From contig JAANOX010000014.1 of the NCBI GenBank assembly GCA_020184695.1, forward strand, positions 302,149-366,148: a stretch of DNA of 64,000 nucleotides, read 5' to 3'. The notes below the pieces were generated by a model that saw only the letters and a list, made by a program, of their open reading frames with translations, was not told where the DNA came from and ran no database searches. This document shows positions 11,381 to 21,889 of the stretch, piece by piece. Made by a program: the position numbers and the translations under genes. The stretch is from Histomonas meleagridis 2922-C6/04-290x. Taxonomy: Eukaryota > Protista > Parabasalia. Numbering within the stretch: the stretch's first letter is position 1; every line of letters starts with the position of its first letter.

Positions 11381-12666
11381 TAATTGATGTTAATTCAAAA
11401 AATACAATAAACACAGGAGATAAAAAATTGAATAATCTATCAACCAGCTTGAAATTCTTAATCGAGCTTGAGAAAACTATATTCAGTTTAACCGAAAAAA
11501 ACATACAGCCATCCATTAAAAAAGTATTGGAATTATTCGATTCAAATTATCCCTATACATTTAATAGTATTATAAGTAACATGGTTTATAATGCATTTTC
11601 ATCACTAAAACATGAATTTGATATTTACTTAAATTTTTTAAAAACACTTCAAACGAAAGAAGAAGAAAATAATCAAAGTGTCGATAAACTAATTTCAATT
11701 TTTATCAAACGTATAACTGAAATCAACACACAAGAATCATATTATTTAATGGAGAAACTAATTGAACAAAATTTGATTGATAAAAATATTACCAAAAATA
11801 TTAAATCGAGATATTTTTCTCATTATCAGGCAAAAGAAGAAAACCAAATCCACATAGCATTTGGAAATGATCCAATAGAAAAATACTTTTTGGATCATTA
11901 TGAAGAACTTTCAAAGAATGATTGGGAGCTTCATAAGAAATATGTTAAAGAAGGACATAATCCAAATGACATTGCGAAAATAATTCGAAATGATGAAATA
12001 GAAAAACTTCAAGAAATATCATCACAAACAAATTTTGATTTTAATCAATTTATTATGCCATCACTTTATGAAAGATGTTCATTTATTAATCAAAAGAATG
12101 TTTCATTAATTGATTATGCAGCATTTTTTGGATCAATTAAATGTTTTAAATATTTACTTATGAATAATGCAAATGTAAATAATACAGGTAAATATGCAGT
12201 TGCAGGTGGAAATGAAGAAATCATTCATTTATGTGAACAAAATCATTCAACATTTGAAGATGCATATGAAGCTTCAATAGAATTTCATCGAAATAATATC
12301 TTTAAATATATTTATGATAACAAATTAGAAGAAATACAACCAAAGTCAATACTTCAAACGCCTGGAGATGAAACTAATCATTTGGTAAGTTTTTGTATCA
12401 AAAAAGATAATTATGATATTTCAGCGTTTTTGGAAGAAATAGGAATTAATGTAAATGCTGATAATTTAAATGAATCAGCAAGAAATGGAAATTTATTTCT
12501 CTTGAAATATTTCCTTCAAAATAATCAAATTCCAAAAAATATTTTGCCATTTGCTTCAGAATCAGGAAATAGTGAACTTGTGAAATATGTTTTAGAACAA
12601 AAAGAAATTGATGTTAATGCAAAAAGTATTCATTTGAATAATTTAGAATATGTTTTAATATTTTGA
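11368..12666 (+). CDS. DUF3447/ankyrin-repeat protein, N-terminal part; no in-frame ATG at the 5' end
   Basis: IAKIIRNDEIEKLQ, SLIDYAAFFGSIKCFKYL and YAVAGGNEEIIHLCEQ are DUF3447-type motifs. The frame ends in the first spacer after IDVNAKS. Frame opens at 11368; first ATG is at 11581. Confidence 0.85.
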   Translation, partial: NKFEIIDVNSKNTINTGDKKLNNLSTSLKFLIELEKTIFSLTEKNIQPSIKKVLELFDSNYPYTFNSIISNMVYNAFSSLKHEFDIYLNFLKTLQTKEEENNQSVDKLISIFIKRITEINTQESYYLMEKLIEQNLIDKNITKNIKSRYFSHYQAKEENQIHIAFGNDPIEKYFLDHYEELSKNDWELHKKYVKEGHNPNDIAKIIRNDEIEKLQEISSQTNFDFNQFIMPSLYERCSFINQKNVSLIDYAAFFGSIKCFKYLLMNNANVNNTGKYAVAGGNEEIIHLCEQNHSTFEDAYEASIEFHRNNIFKYIYDNKLEEIQPKSILQTPGDETNHLVSFCIKKDNYDISAFLEEIGINVNADNLNESARNGNLFLLKYFLQNNQIPKNILPFASESGNSELVKYVLEQKEIDVNAKSIHLNNLEYVLIF

Positions 12667-15404
12667 AACATGTTTTAATAATTTATAATATGTTTTAATA
12701 ATTTGTAATATGTTTTAATAATTTGTAATATGTTTTAATAATTTGGAATATGTTTGAATAATTTGAAATATGTTTTAATAATTTGAAACAGCACTTCATA
12801 TAGCAGTTAGAAATAATAATATAGAAATAGTAAAATTACTTTTAGATAAAGGAATTGATGTTAATGCAAAAACTATTCATTTGAATAATTTGTAATATGT
12901 TTTAATAATTTGTAATATGTTTTCATAATTTGGAATATGTTTTAATAATATTTTATATGATTCAATAATTTGGAATATGTTTTAATAATTTAGAATATGT
13001 TTTAATAATTTGTAATATGTTTTAATAATTTGTAATATGTTTTAATAATTTGAAATATGTTTTAATAATTTGAAACAGCACTTCATATAGCAGTTAGAAA
13101 TAATAATATAGAAATAGTAAAATTACTTTTAGATAAAGAAGGAATTGATGTTAATGCAAAAAATATTCATTTGAATAATTTGGAATATGTTTTAATAATT
13201 TAAAATATGTTTTCATAATTTGGAATATGTTTTCATAATTTGTAATATGTTTTAATAATTTGGAATATGTTTGAATAATTTGAAATATGTTTTAATAATT
13301 TGAAACAGCATATCATATAGCAGTTAGAAATAATAATATAGAAATAGTAAAATTACTTTTAGATAAAGAAGGAATTGATGTTAATGCAAAAAATATTCAT
13401 TTGAATAATTTGGAATATGTTTTAATAATTTAAAATATGTTTTCATAATTTGGAATATGTTTTCATAATTTGGAATATGTTTTAATAATTTGGAATATGT
13501 TTTAATAATTTGAAATATGTTTTAATAATTTGAAACAGCACTTCATATAGCAGTTAGAAATAATAATATAGAAATAGTAAAATTACTTTTAGATAAAGAA
13601 GGAATTGATGTTAATGCAAAAAATATTCATTTGAATAATTTGGAATATGTTTTAATAATTTAAAATATGTTTTCATAATTTGGAATATGTTTTCATAATT
13701 TGGAATATGTTTTAATAATTTGAAATATGTTTTAATAATTTGAAATATGTTTTAATAATTTGAAACAGCACTTCATATAGCAGTTAGAAATAATAATATA
13801 GAAATAGTAAAATTACTTTTAGATAAAGAAGGAATTGATGTTAATGCAAAAAATATTCATTTGAATAATTTGGAATATGTTTTAATAATTTAAAATATGT
13901 TTTCATAATTTGGAATATGTTTTAATAATATTTTATATGATTCAATAATTTGGAATATGTTTGAATAATTTGAAATATGTTTTAATAATTTGAAACAGCA
14001 TATCATATAGCAGTTAGAAATAATAATATAGAAATAGTAAAATTACTTTTAGATAAAGAAGGAATTGATGTTAATGCAAAAAATATTCATTTTAATAATT
14101 TGGAATATGTTTTAATAATTTGAAATATGTTTTCATAATTTGGAATATGTTTTCATAATTTGGAATATGTTTTCATAATTTGGAATATGTTTTAATAATA
14201 TTTTATATGATTCAATAATTTGGAATATGTTTTAATAATTTGTAATATGTTTTAATAATTTGGAATATGTTTTAATAATTTGAAATATGTTTTAATAATT
14301 TGAAACAGCACTTCATATAGCAGTTAGAAATAATAATATAGAAATAGTAAAATTACTTTTAGATAAAGAAGGAATTGATGTTAATGCAAAAAATATTCAT
14401 TTGAATAATTTGGAATATGTTTTAATAATTTAAAATATGTTTTCATAATTTGGAATATGTTTGAATAATTTGAAATATGTTTTCATAATTTGGAATATGT
14501 TTTAATAATATTTTATATGATTCAATAATTTGGAATATGTTTTAATAATTTGTAATATGTTTTAATAATTTGTAATATGTTTTAATAATTTGGAATATGT
14601 TTGAATAATTTGAAATATGTTTTAATAATTTGAAACAGCACTTCATATAGCAGTTAGAAATAATAATATAGAAATAGTAAAATTACTTTTAGATAAAGAA
14701 GGAATTGATGTTAATGCAAAAACTATTCATTTGAATAATTTGGAATATGTTTTAATAATTTGTAATATGTTTTAATAATTTGGAATATGTTTTAATAATT
14801 TAAAATATGTTTTCATAATTTGGAATATGTTTTAATAATATTTTATATGATTCAATAATTTGGAATATGTTTTAATAATTTGTAATATGTTTTAATAATT
14901 TGTAATATGTTTTAATAATTTGGAATATGTTTGAATAATTTGAAATATGTTTTAATAATTTGAAACAGCACTTCATATAGCAGTTAGAAATAATAATATA
15001 GAAATAGTAAAATTACTTTTAGATAAAGAAGGAATTGATGTTAATGCAAAAAATATTCATTTGAATAATTTGGAATATGTTTTAATAATTTGTAATATGT
15101 TTTAATAATTTGGAATATGTTTTAATAATTTGGAATATGTTTTAATAATTTGTAATATGTTTTAATAATTTGTAATATGTTTTAATAATTTGTAATATGT
15201 TTTAATAATTTAGAATATGTTTTAATAATTTGAAACAGCACTTCATATAGCAGTTAGAAATAATAATATAGAAATAGTAAAATTACTTTTAGATAAAGAA
15301 GGAATTGATGTTAATGCAAAAACTATTCATTTGAATAATTTGGAATATGTTTTAATAATTTGTAATATGTTTTCATAATTTGGAATATGTTTTAATAATA
15401 TTTA
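12628..15404 (+). repeat. Array of 10 near-identical ankyrin modules (TALHIAVRNNNIEIVKLLLDKEGIDVNAKN) separated by 20-bp minisatellite spacers
   Basis: Thr codons at 12788, 13075, 13305, 13535, 13765, 13995, 14305, 14635, 14965 and 15235. Spacer unit ATATGTTTTAATAATTTG(G/T/A)A. Confidence 0.95.
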
Positions 15405-15704
15405 ACTGCAATTCAAATTGCACAAGAAAAAGGTTACACAGAAATAGTAAATTTACTTCGTGAAAAAAGTATAAACGAAAATTTTCAATCAAAATCTTCT
15501 TTTGTAAGCATCAAATCTTCATTTTCAATACGAAATGGAAATGAAGCGTATATTGCTAATAATCAAAATCAACTTGAAGATCAAATTTTCGCAGTAAATA
15601 CTAAAAAGAAAATTACAAAAAGTGTTGATGTAAACACTCAAACATATGAAAACAAACATATTCGTAAAGCAAAATATAAATACATAAAAACAATAATATT
15701 ATAA
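15405..15704 (+). CDS. Putative terminal segment of the ankyrin gene (divergent last repeat plus unique tail)
   Basis: TAIQIAQEKGYTEIVNLLREKSINENFQ...IKTIIL* is open for 99 codons, exactly 170 bp after the previous module. It has no ATG. Confidence 0.6.
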   Translation, partial: TAIQIAQEKGYTEIVNLLREKSINENFQSKSSFVSIKSSFSIRNGNEAYIANNQNQLEDQIFAVNTKKKITKSVDVNTQTYENKHIRKAKYKYIKTIIL

Positions 15705-16521
15705 AGTGAATTATAAGAAAAACTTCAACAAATAATTATAGCAACAATAGTAAGATTTGATAAATTTTCACACAATTTAAACGATAATTCTCCAATCATT
15801 TGAGAATACCGCCACTGATAATAAACGGTCGTTTCAAAAACTTAAAATTCATTTTTCTTTTTTATTTCAAAAAAATATTTAAATTTTAGTGAATATTTTA
15901 AATTTATCTATATGATGATAGTAATATATTTTAATGGTACTGAATAATTTCCAAGAAATCATTCTGAGTATCACATATTGGAGATCCAATTTCACATACA
16001 AAAAATAAAATTTAAAACAGATTTTTAAGTTCACACTCGCTTAAAATCAACAAAGAATAAAATAATTTTTGATCAAGAGGAATCTATTGGCTGTTTTTGA
16101 AATATGGAATCATTGTGATTACTTTTGATATAAGCAAAATTTAAAAAATCTGTCTTGACAAAATTTTTAAAATTAGATAAATTTTGGATACAAGTATATA
16201 ATTTTGAAAAATATATCATATTCATTTCATGAATTAATTTCCAAAATTTGAGAGCTTCCATCTTTAATTGAATAGTTTCTAACTTGGATTTTAACTGGAT
16301 TTTGTTTAAAAGGAACAGTATATGCAGAATTAAATTATTTTGCAGTGAAACTGATTGAATTGGGTTTTATTGATTCACAAAAATTTAAATTTCAGAATAA
16401 TCCATATTTTATACATTACATGTCAATAAAAGAAATTAATTTTTTGAGTAAATCAATAAATTTTACGAATCATTTTCATAGTAATTATGTGTTTAGGATT
16501 GACACAAAAGTGTCATTTCAT

Positions 16522-17751
16522 ATGGAATTTCAAGCAAAAAGCCAAATTCATGGGAACGAATGGGAAACATTACAATATATTAAGAATTTAATATTCAATT
16601 TAAACAAAGAAAATATCATTCAATCTTCAAAATTAATTATAAGTAAATTTGATGATATTTATCCATTATCTTTTAATTTAATTATTGTTAGGATTACATA
16701 TGCAATTGTTATCATGCGAATGAAAGATATTGATTTATATTTGAATTTTCTTAAAGAAATAAAAAAACTAGAAATGAACATTCATCAAGAAATTGATATT
16801 TTTGATATATATGGACATTTTCTTGTTAGTAAGAGTACACAAGAATCATATTATCTTCTTTCCAAAATGATTGAAGATAATTTACTTGATAAAAAAATCA
16901 TTAAAAATATAAAACACTCGATTGCTTCTCAAGGATATTTTGTGCAATACATGCCAAATGAAACAATTAAAGAATTAGGGGATGATAAATTTACTGAATA
17001 TATTCAAAAAAATTATGAAGAACTTTCAAATAATGATTGGGAATTACATAAGAAATTAATTGAAGAAGGAGTTAATCCAAATGAAATTGCGAAAATAATT
17101 CGAAATGATGAAATCGAAAAACTTCAAGTAATATCATCACAACAAAATTTTGATTTTAATCAAACAATTGAACCATCACTTTATGAAAGATGTTCATTTA
17201 TTAATCATTCTAATGTTACATTAATTGATTATGCAGCATTTTTTGGATCAATTGAATGTTTTAAATATTTATTTATGAACAATGCAAATGTAGAAAACAC
17301 AGGTAAATATGCAGTTGCAGGTGGAAATCAAGAAATTATTCATTTATGCGAACAGAATCATTCATCATTTGAAGGTGCATATGAAACAGCAATTATGTTT
17401 CATCGAAATGATATTTTTAAATATATTTATGAAAATGAGATTATCGGAATTGATAATTTAGAAGAATTAGGGAAAAAATGTATTACATATCATAATTATG
17501 AACTATTATCATATTTACAAGAAAATGATATGAAAATTAATGACAATATTATTAATGAAGCCGCACAAACAGGAAATTTATTACTTACCAAATATTTTCT
17601 TAAATTCTATCAAATCCCAAAAAATATTTTAGTTTTTTCAACAATATCTGGAAATATTGAACTTGTTAAAACCATTTTAGAAAAAGAAGGAATTGATGTT
17701 AATACTAAAAATATTTATTTGTTTTATTCGAAATTTGAATTAATAATTTAA
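16522..17751 (+). CDS. DUF3447/ankyrin-repeat protein, paralog of 11368-12666, N-terminal part
   Basis: Same DUF3447 motifs. ATG 16522 follows the Inr-like TCATTTCAT, so it is preferred over GTG 16345. The frame stops inside the first spacer. Confidence 0.85.
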   Translation: MEFQAKSQIHGNEWETLQYIKNLIFNLNKENIIQSSKLIISKFDDIYPLSFNLIIVRITYAIVIMRMKDIDLYLNFLKEIKKLEMNIHQEIDIFDIYGHFLVSKSTQESYYLLSKMIEDNLLDKKIIKNIKHSIASQGYFVQYMPNETIKELGDDKFTEYIQKNYEELSNNDWELHKKLIEEGVNPNEIAKIIRNDEIEKLQVISSQQNFDFNQTIEPSLYERCSFINHSNVTLIDYAAFFGSIECFKYLFMNNANVENTGKYAVAGGNQEIIHLCEQNHSSFEGAYETAIMFHRNDIFKYIYENEIIGIDNLEELGKKCITYHNYELLSYLQENDMKINDNIINEAAQTGNLLLTKYFLKFYQIPKNILVFSTISGNIELVKTILEKEGIDVNTKNIYLFYSKFELII

Positions 17752-18571
17752 TATTTCAAAATAATAATTGGAAATTATTTAAATTATTTAATACAGCACT
17801 TCTATTAGCATCTGGAAATGGTTATGCAGAAATAGTTAAATTACTTCTTGAACAAGAAGGAATTGATATTAATGCTAAAAATTTTTATTTGTTTTATTTA
17901 ATATTTATTTGAATAATTTTATATTTCAAAGTAATATTTGGAAATTATTTGAAATATTTTGGTCTGCACTTATTTGGGCATATCTAAAAGGATACATTGA
18001 AATCGTTAAATTACTTCTTGAACAAGAAGGAATTGATGTTAATACTCAAAATATTTTTTTGTTTCATTTAATGTTTATTTTAATAATTTTATATTTCAAA
18101 GTAATATTTGGAAATTATTTAAATTATTTCAAACAGCACTTATGATTGCATCTGGAATTGGTCATACTGAAATCGTTAAATTCCTTCTTGAACATAAAGG
18201 AATTGATGTTAATAGTAAAAATATTTATTTGTTTTATTTAGAATTTATTTTAATAATTTTTTATTTCAAAATGTTGTTTGGAAATTATTTAAATTTTTTA
18301 GAACAGCACTTATTAATGCATCTGAAAATGGTTATACAGAAATAGTTAAATTACTTCTTGAACATGAAGGAATTGATGTTAATGCGAAAGATATTTATTT
18401 ATATTATTTAGAATTTTTTTTAACAATTTCATATTTCAAAATAATATTTGGAAATTATTCAAATTATTTAGAACAGCACTTGTGTATGCATCTGAAAATG
18501 GTCATACAAAAATAGTTAAATTAATTACTCAAAAAGAAAGGAATAAAAGTAATACAAAAAATATTTATTAG
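17713..18571 (+). repeat. Five diverged ankyrin modules, each preceded by an 80-nt AT-rich spacer (period exactly 170 bp)
   Basis: Module starts at 17623 (inside the ORF), 17793, 17963, 18133, 18303 and 18473. TAL..AS.NG..EIVKLLLE.EGIDVN.KN intact in all but the last, which has a divergent C-terminal half. Confidence 0.95.
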
Positions 18572-19771
18572 TTTTACTTGAAATATATTTTTACTATTTC
18601 TAATTTCAAAATAATATTTAATTCCCAATCTCTCATTTCTTCTAAATATATATCTTTCTAATCAATTTCTGATTGTGAAAAAGAATTTAAAAGAAAAATA
18701 ACTTTGTTTGATATAGTTTTAATAATTACGTGGACTGATATTTGTTGATATAAAATGAAAACGCATAATCCAAATACACTGTTAGTTATTCTAAAAGAAT
18801 TAAGTGGAAAGCTGTGTATTGCTGTGGAGCAAAGTGAAGTTGTTTTGGGCATTACTTGGATATTTTTATAGATTGATGTCGTTCCCAATACATAGCCCAG
18901 TAATTACAACTACAAACATCGATATTAATATTTCAGTCGATTATATCCCTGATGAAAGTAGTGAATTCTTTGAAATTTTGAGTTTTACACATTATAATTA
19001 TGTTTTTGTAATTTACAAAATATTTTGTAATTTGTAACTGCTTTTTTGATATAAAACATATAATCTCTTAATTGGTATATTAATTAGGGAATTTTCTTAC
19101 TTCAAAACATTGAATATGTTATTCAACTTGTGAATACTTTTTTGACTTTCAAAAAGAACACTTCCAGTATAAGACACTAAATTTACAAAGGAAAATCATA
19201 AACTTATTAGATGAATATTAAATAAAACATTTGCAATTTCAATCTAATTGACTCCATTTTCAATTAATTTTTTATGAAGTTCCCAATCATTCGATTTCTG
19301 TAGATTGAGAATTATTAATTTTTTTGTTTATTTGATAATGTCACTCGCAAAAAGAAAAAATAAAAAGTGACTTTTAAAAGTTTTCATAATTTCTTTGATT
19401 TGCCAAAAAAAAATAGTTGTTTACATATGTTTTTTGATTTTTTCTACATATAATACAGAAAATATGGAATTGATATGTTTCATAATATCTTTAGATCAAT
19501 ATAACTTTGTTAGGACATTTTAAAAAAAGGATAATTTACTTGTTTTTTAAATTTGATAGATCTTTATTTTGTTTTATGATTTTTTTCATGAAATGTTTGT
19601 TCATCTTGATCGGCTTTTTTTATTCAGAACTTTATATCATTCCTTCAAAGCTAGCTTTTTGTGTTAGCCTATGAAAACCGATCAAATTTGATTATGTTTT
19701 ATTCATTTTGATAATTTTAAATTGATAGCGATTGATAATTTTATTCTTAACGTTCGAAATATAAAAAGTCA

Positions 19772-20999
19772 ATGGAAAAACTTTGTAATTATGAATTTTT
19801 AGGGTGTTTAACACAAGGCGAGAATTATCGAATTATGAAAGCAACACATAAACCTACAGGGATCATCGTAATTGTCAAAATTTATCCCAAAAATTTAGAC
19901 GAAGTTCATCAACTTCGAGAAAAAATCGAGAATGAAGTTAATATTACACGTAATCTTCACCATCCTTTTTATTAATCGATTATTTGATTATTTTCAAGAT
20001 GAACAAAATTTTTACTTAGTTCATGAGTTTTTAGAGAACGGGGAGTTAACGAATTTTATCATTAATAATGAAAAATTAACCGAAGAAACGTCATTATTAT
20101 ATTTTTCACAGTTAGTTTCATCAGTTAAATATTTACGAGACCAAGGTTTAGTTCATTGTGACATTTGTTCTAAGAATGTTCATATTGATCATTATTTTCA
20201 TATTCGATTAACAGGGTTTAGTTTAAGTCAACATTTAAATGATAAATCTACTTTACATGATTCATATAGTCATATTGGATATCTTTCACCAGAAGTTCTT
20301 AATGGAGAACCATTTTCTACAATGAGTGATATCTGGAGTTTAGGTGTTTTATTATATTTAATGTGTTCAGGGACATTACCATTTCGTGGTAATAATGCAG
20401 GTCTTTTAGTATTTTCAATCATCAATACAGAACCAGAATATCCAGAATATTTTTTTCATATGAACTTTGTGATCTTTTAACACAAATATTTAAGAAATCA
20501 CCTATTGAACGTATTACACTTGAAAAGATTGTTCAGCATCCATGGTTTACGCAAGTTCATTATCCATTTATTAATGGTAATTCATTTGAAATTGATCAAG
20601 AAATTATCCAAAAAAATTCCTAAATATTCATTAGATACGAATAAAATCTCATTTTTTTACATGGTAATGAATTTATTAATAATGAAACTGTATCATATTA
20701 TTTACTTTCACGTGAAAAAGAAGTTATTCAAATATCAGAAAATTATCGCCAAACTCTTATTACGACATATTCCGATACTACGAGTAATAATAGTAATTTA
20801 GATAGTAATAATGGACATTCTAATAGTAGTAGTATTACACATATGATTTTATCTAAACGTCAACAAAAGTCACAGCCACTTGCAGCATCATTTATGCAAC
20901 ACAAAAATGCGCCACGAACATTCTATCGTTGCGAGAGCAGATAAACGACGTGGAAACGGTCGCCGCCCTATCAAAAAGATAAGCAACGCGGTTATATGA
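19772..20999 (+). pseudogene. CAMK/SNF1-like kinase homolog with five apparent frameshifts (copy 1)
   Basis: Kinase fold motifs VK, HPFI, YLSPE, DIWSLGV and HPW. Homopolymer expansions totalling +7 nt relative to the repaired frame, which may be consensus errors. Confidence 0.75.
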
Positions 21000-21063
21000 G
21001 GCACCTCAAAAATGTGTGAAAAATAAATATTTACTTTGAAATAAATATATCTTATTATAATTA

Positions 21064-21426
21064 TTATTCCTTATCAATGACTTGAACTAGAACTGGTAAA
21101 TCTTTGGATAATTGAAGTTTCTCATGATCAATATGAACTAAATTACTTGAAACTTCAAAACAAAGCATTTCATTCGTTTTATCTAAATGACAATATTTAA
21201 ATAATTCTTGACAAAGACTAATATAAAAAATATCTTCTTCATTAAAACTTTTCTTTAAAATTGTATTTTCTGTTGGACGAATTTGACCTTTTTGAACAAG
21301 TTCTTCAGCTTTTTTCATCGATAATACTTTAAGTTCTGCACGTATTTGTGAGAGATATTCAAATTCTTCAAGGCGATTTGTTATTACTTCCATTAAATTT
21401 GCTTCTTGTTGTTGGATTTCGCTCAT
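21064..21426 (-). CDS. FOP/FOPNL (CEP43/CEP20)-like LisH-type dimerisation protein (copy 1)
   Basis: LEEFEYLSQIRAELK and ISLCQELFKYCHLDKT resemble the FOP N-terminal LisH region. Confidence 0.6.
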   Translation of the reverse strand: MSEIQQQEANLMEVITNRLEEFEYLSQIRAELKVLSMKKAEELVQKGQIRPTENTILKKSFNEEDIFYISLCQELFKYCHLDKTNEMLCFEVSSNLVHIDHEKLQLSKDLPVLVQVIDKE

Positions 21427-21889
21427 ATCTTCGGTTTGTTTTGGGGTGTCCCATGAATTTGTCTTACTTTGTTCACATTTTGCTTTATTTCAAGTTTATT
21501 TATTCTCATATTTTAGCATCTAAATTTAAAAAATTTTGAATCAAATAATTTTTCTTTTTACTTATATTCTTAAATTTACTTGTTACTTTCGTTTGAGCTC
21601 AAAGATTTAATACTTGAAAAGCAAATTCAATAGCAAATGTAAATTGGTTGCGAACTCCGATATTTTTAAATATCCCTTGAACAAAATCATGAAACTATTA
21701 CCAATTTCTTGTGATTAGTTGAATGTATTGTTTGGGCATTAATATTCATAAAATATAAATAATCTGCTTCAACACTAGCTAACTTTGGATGATCAAAATT
21801 AGATTGTCAAATTACGATATTTTATCATTATAGACAAAATTATCAAAAATTTTAATGATCATTGTTTATTGAAACCTTGCTTTATTTTC

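Larger units (their letters stand above)
19718..21482 (+). repeat. Left arm of a ~1.76-kb inverted segmental duplication
   Basis: Reverse complement of 25243-27002. Both junctions read by eye (TAAATTGA... and ...GTTCACATTTTG). Confidence 0.92.

Noticed and set aside
12628-15404. CRISPR-like repeat-spacer appearance
   Set aside because: The constant unit is a ~90-nt ankyrin-coding module, the spacers are minisatellite copies rather than unique sequences, there are no cas genes, and the context is eukaryotic.
16345-16521. GTG-initiated N-terminal extension of the second DUF3447 gene
   Set aside because: Eukaryotic context; ATG 16522 follows an Inr-like motif and lies near the start of the region shared with the paralog.
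17713-18472. Canonical GT-AG or AT-AC introns in the spacers
   Set aside because: There is no conserved GT or ACTAAC branch motif. The GTT(Val)...ACAG join is out of frame and deletes conserved residues. The AT...AC options tested (84 and 82 nt) do not restore the frame, and one module lacks the AC.
12628-18472. A single programmed -1 frameshift per unit as the general explanation
   Set aside because: It fits the 170-bp period arithmetically, but there is no conserved slippery heptamer, and periods of 250, 270, 310 and 330 bp plus stops in all frames are incompatible.
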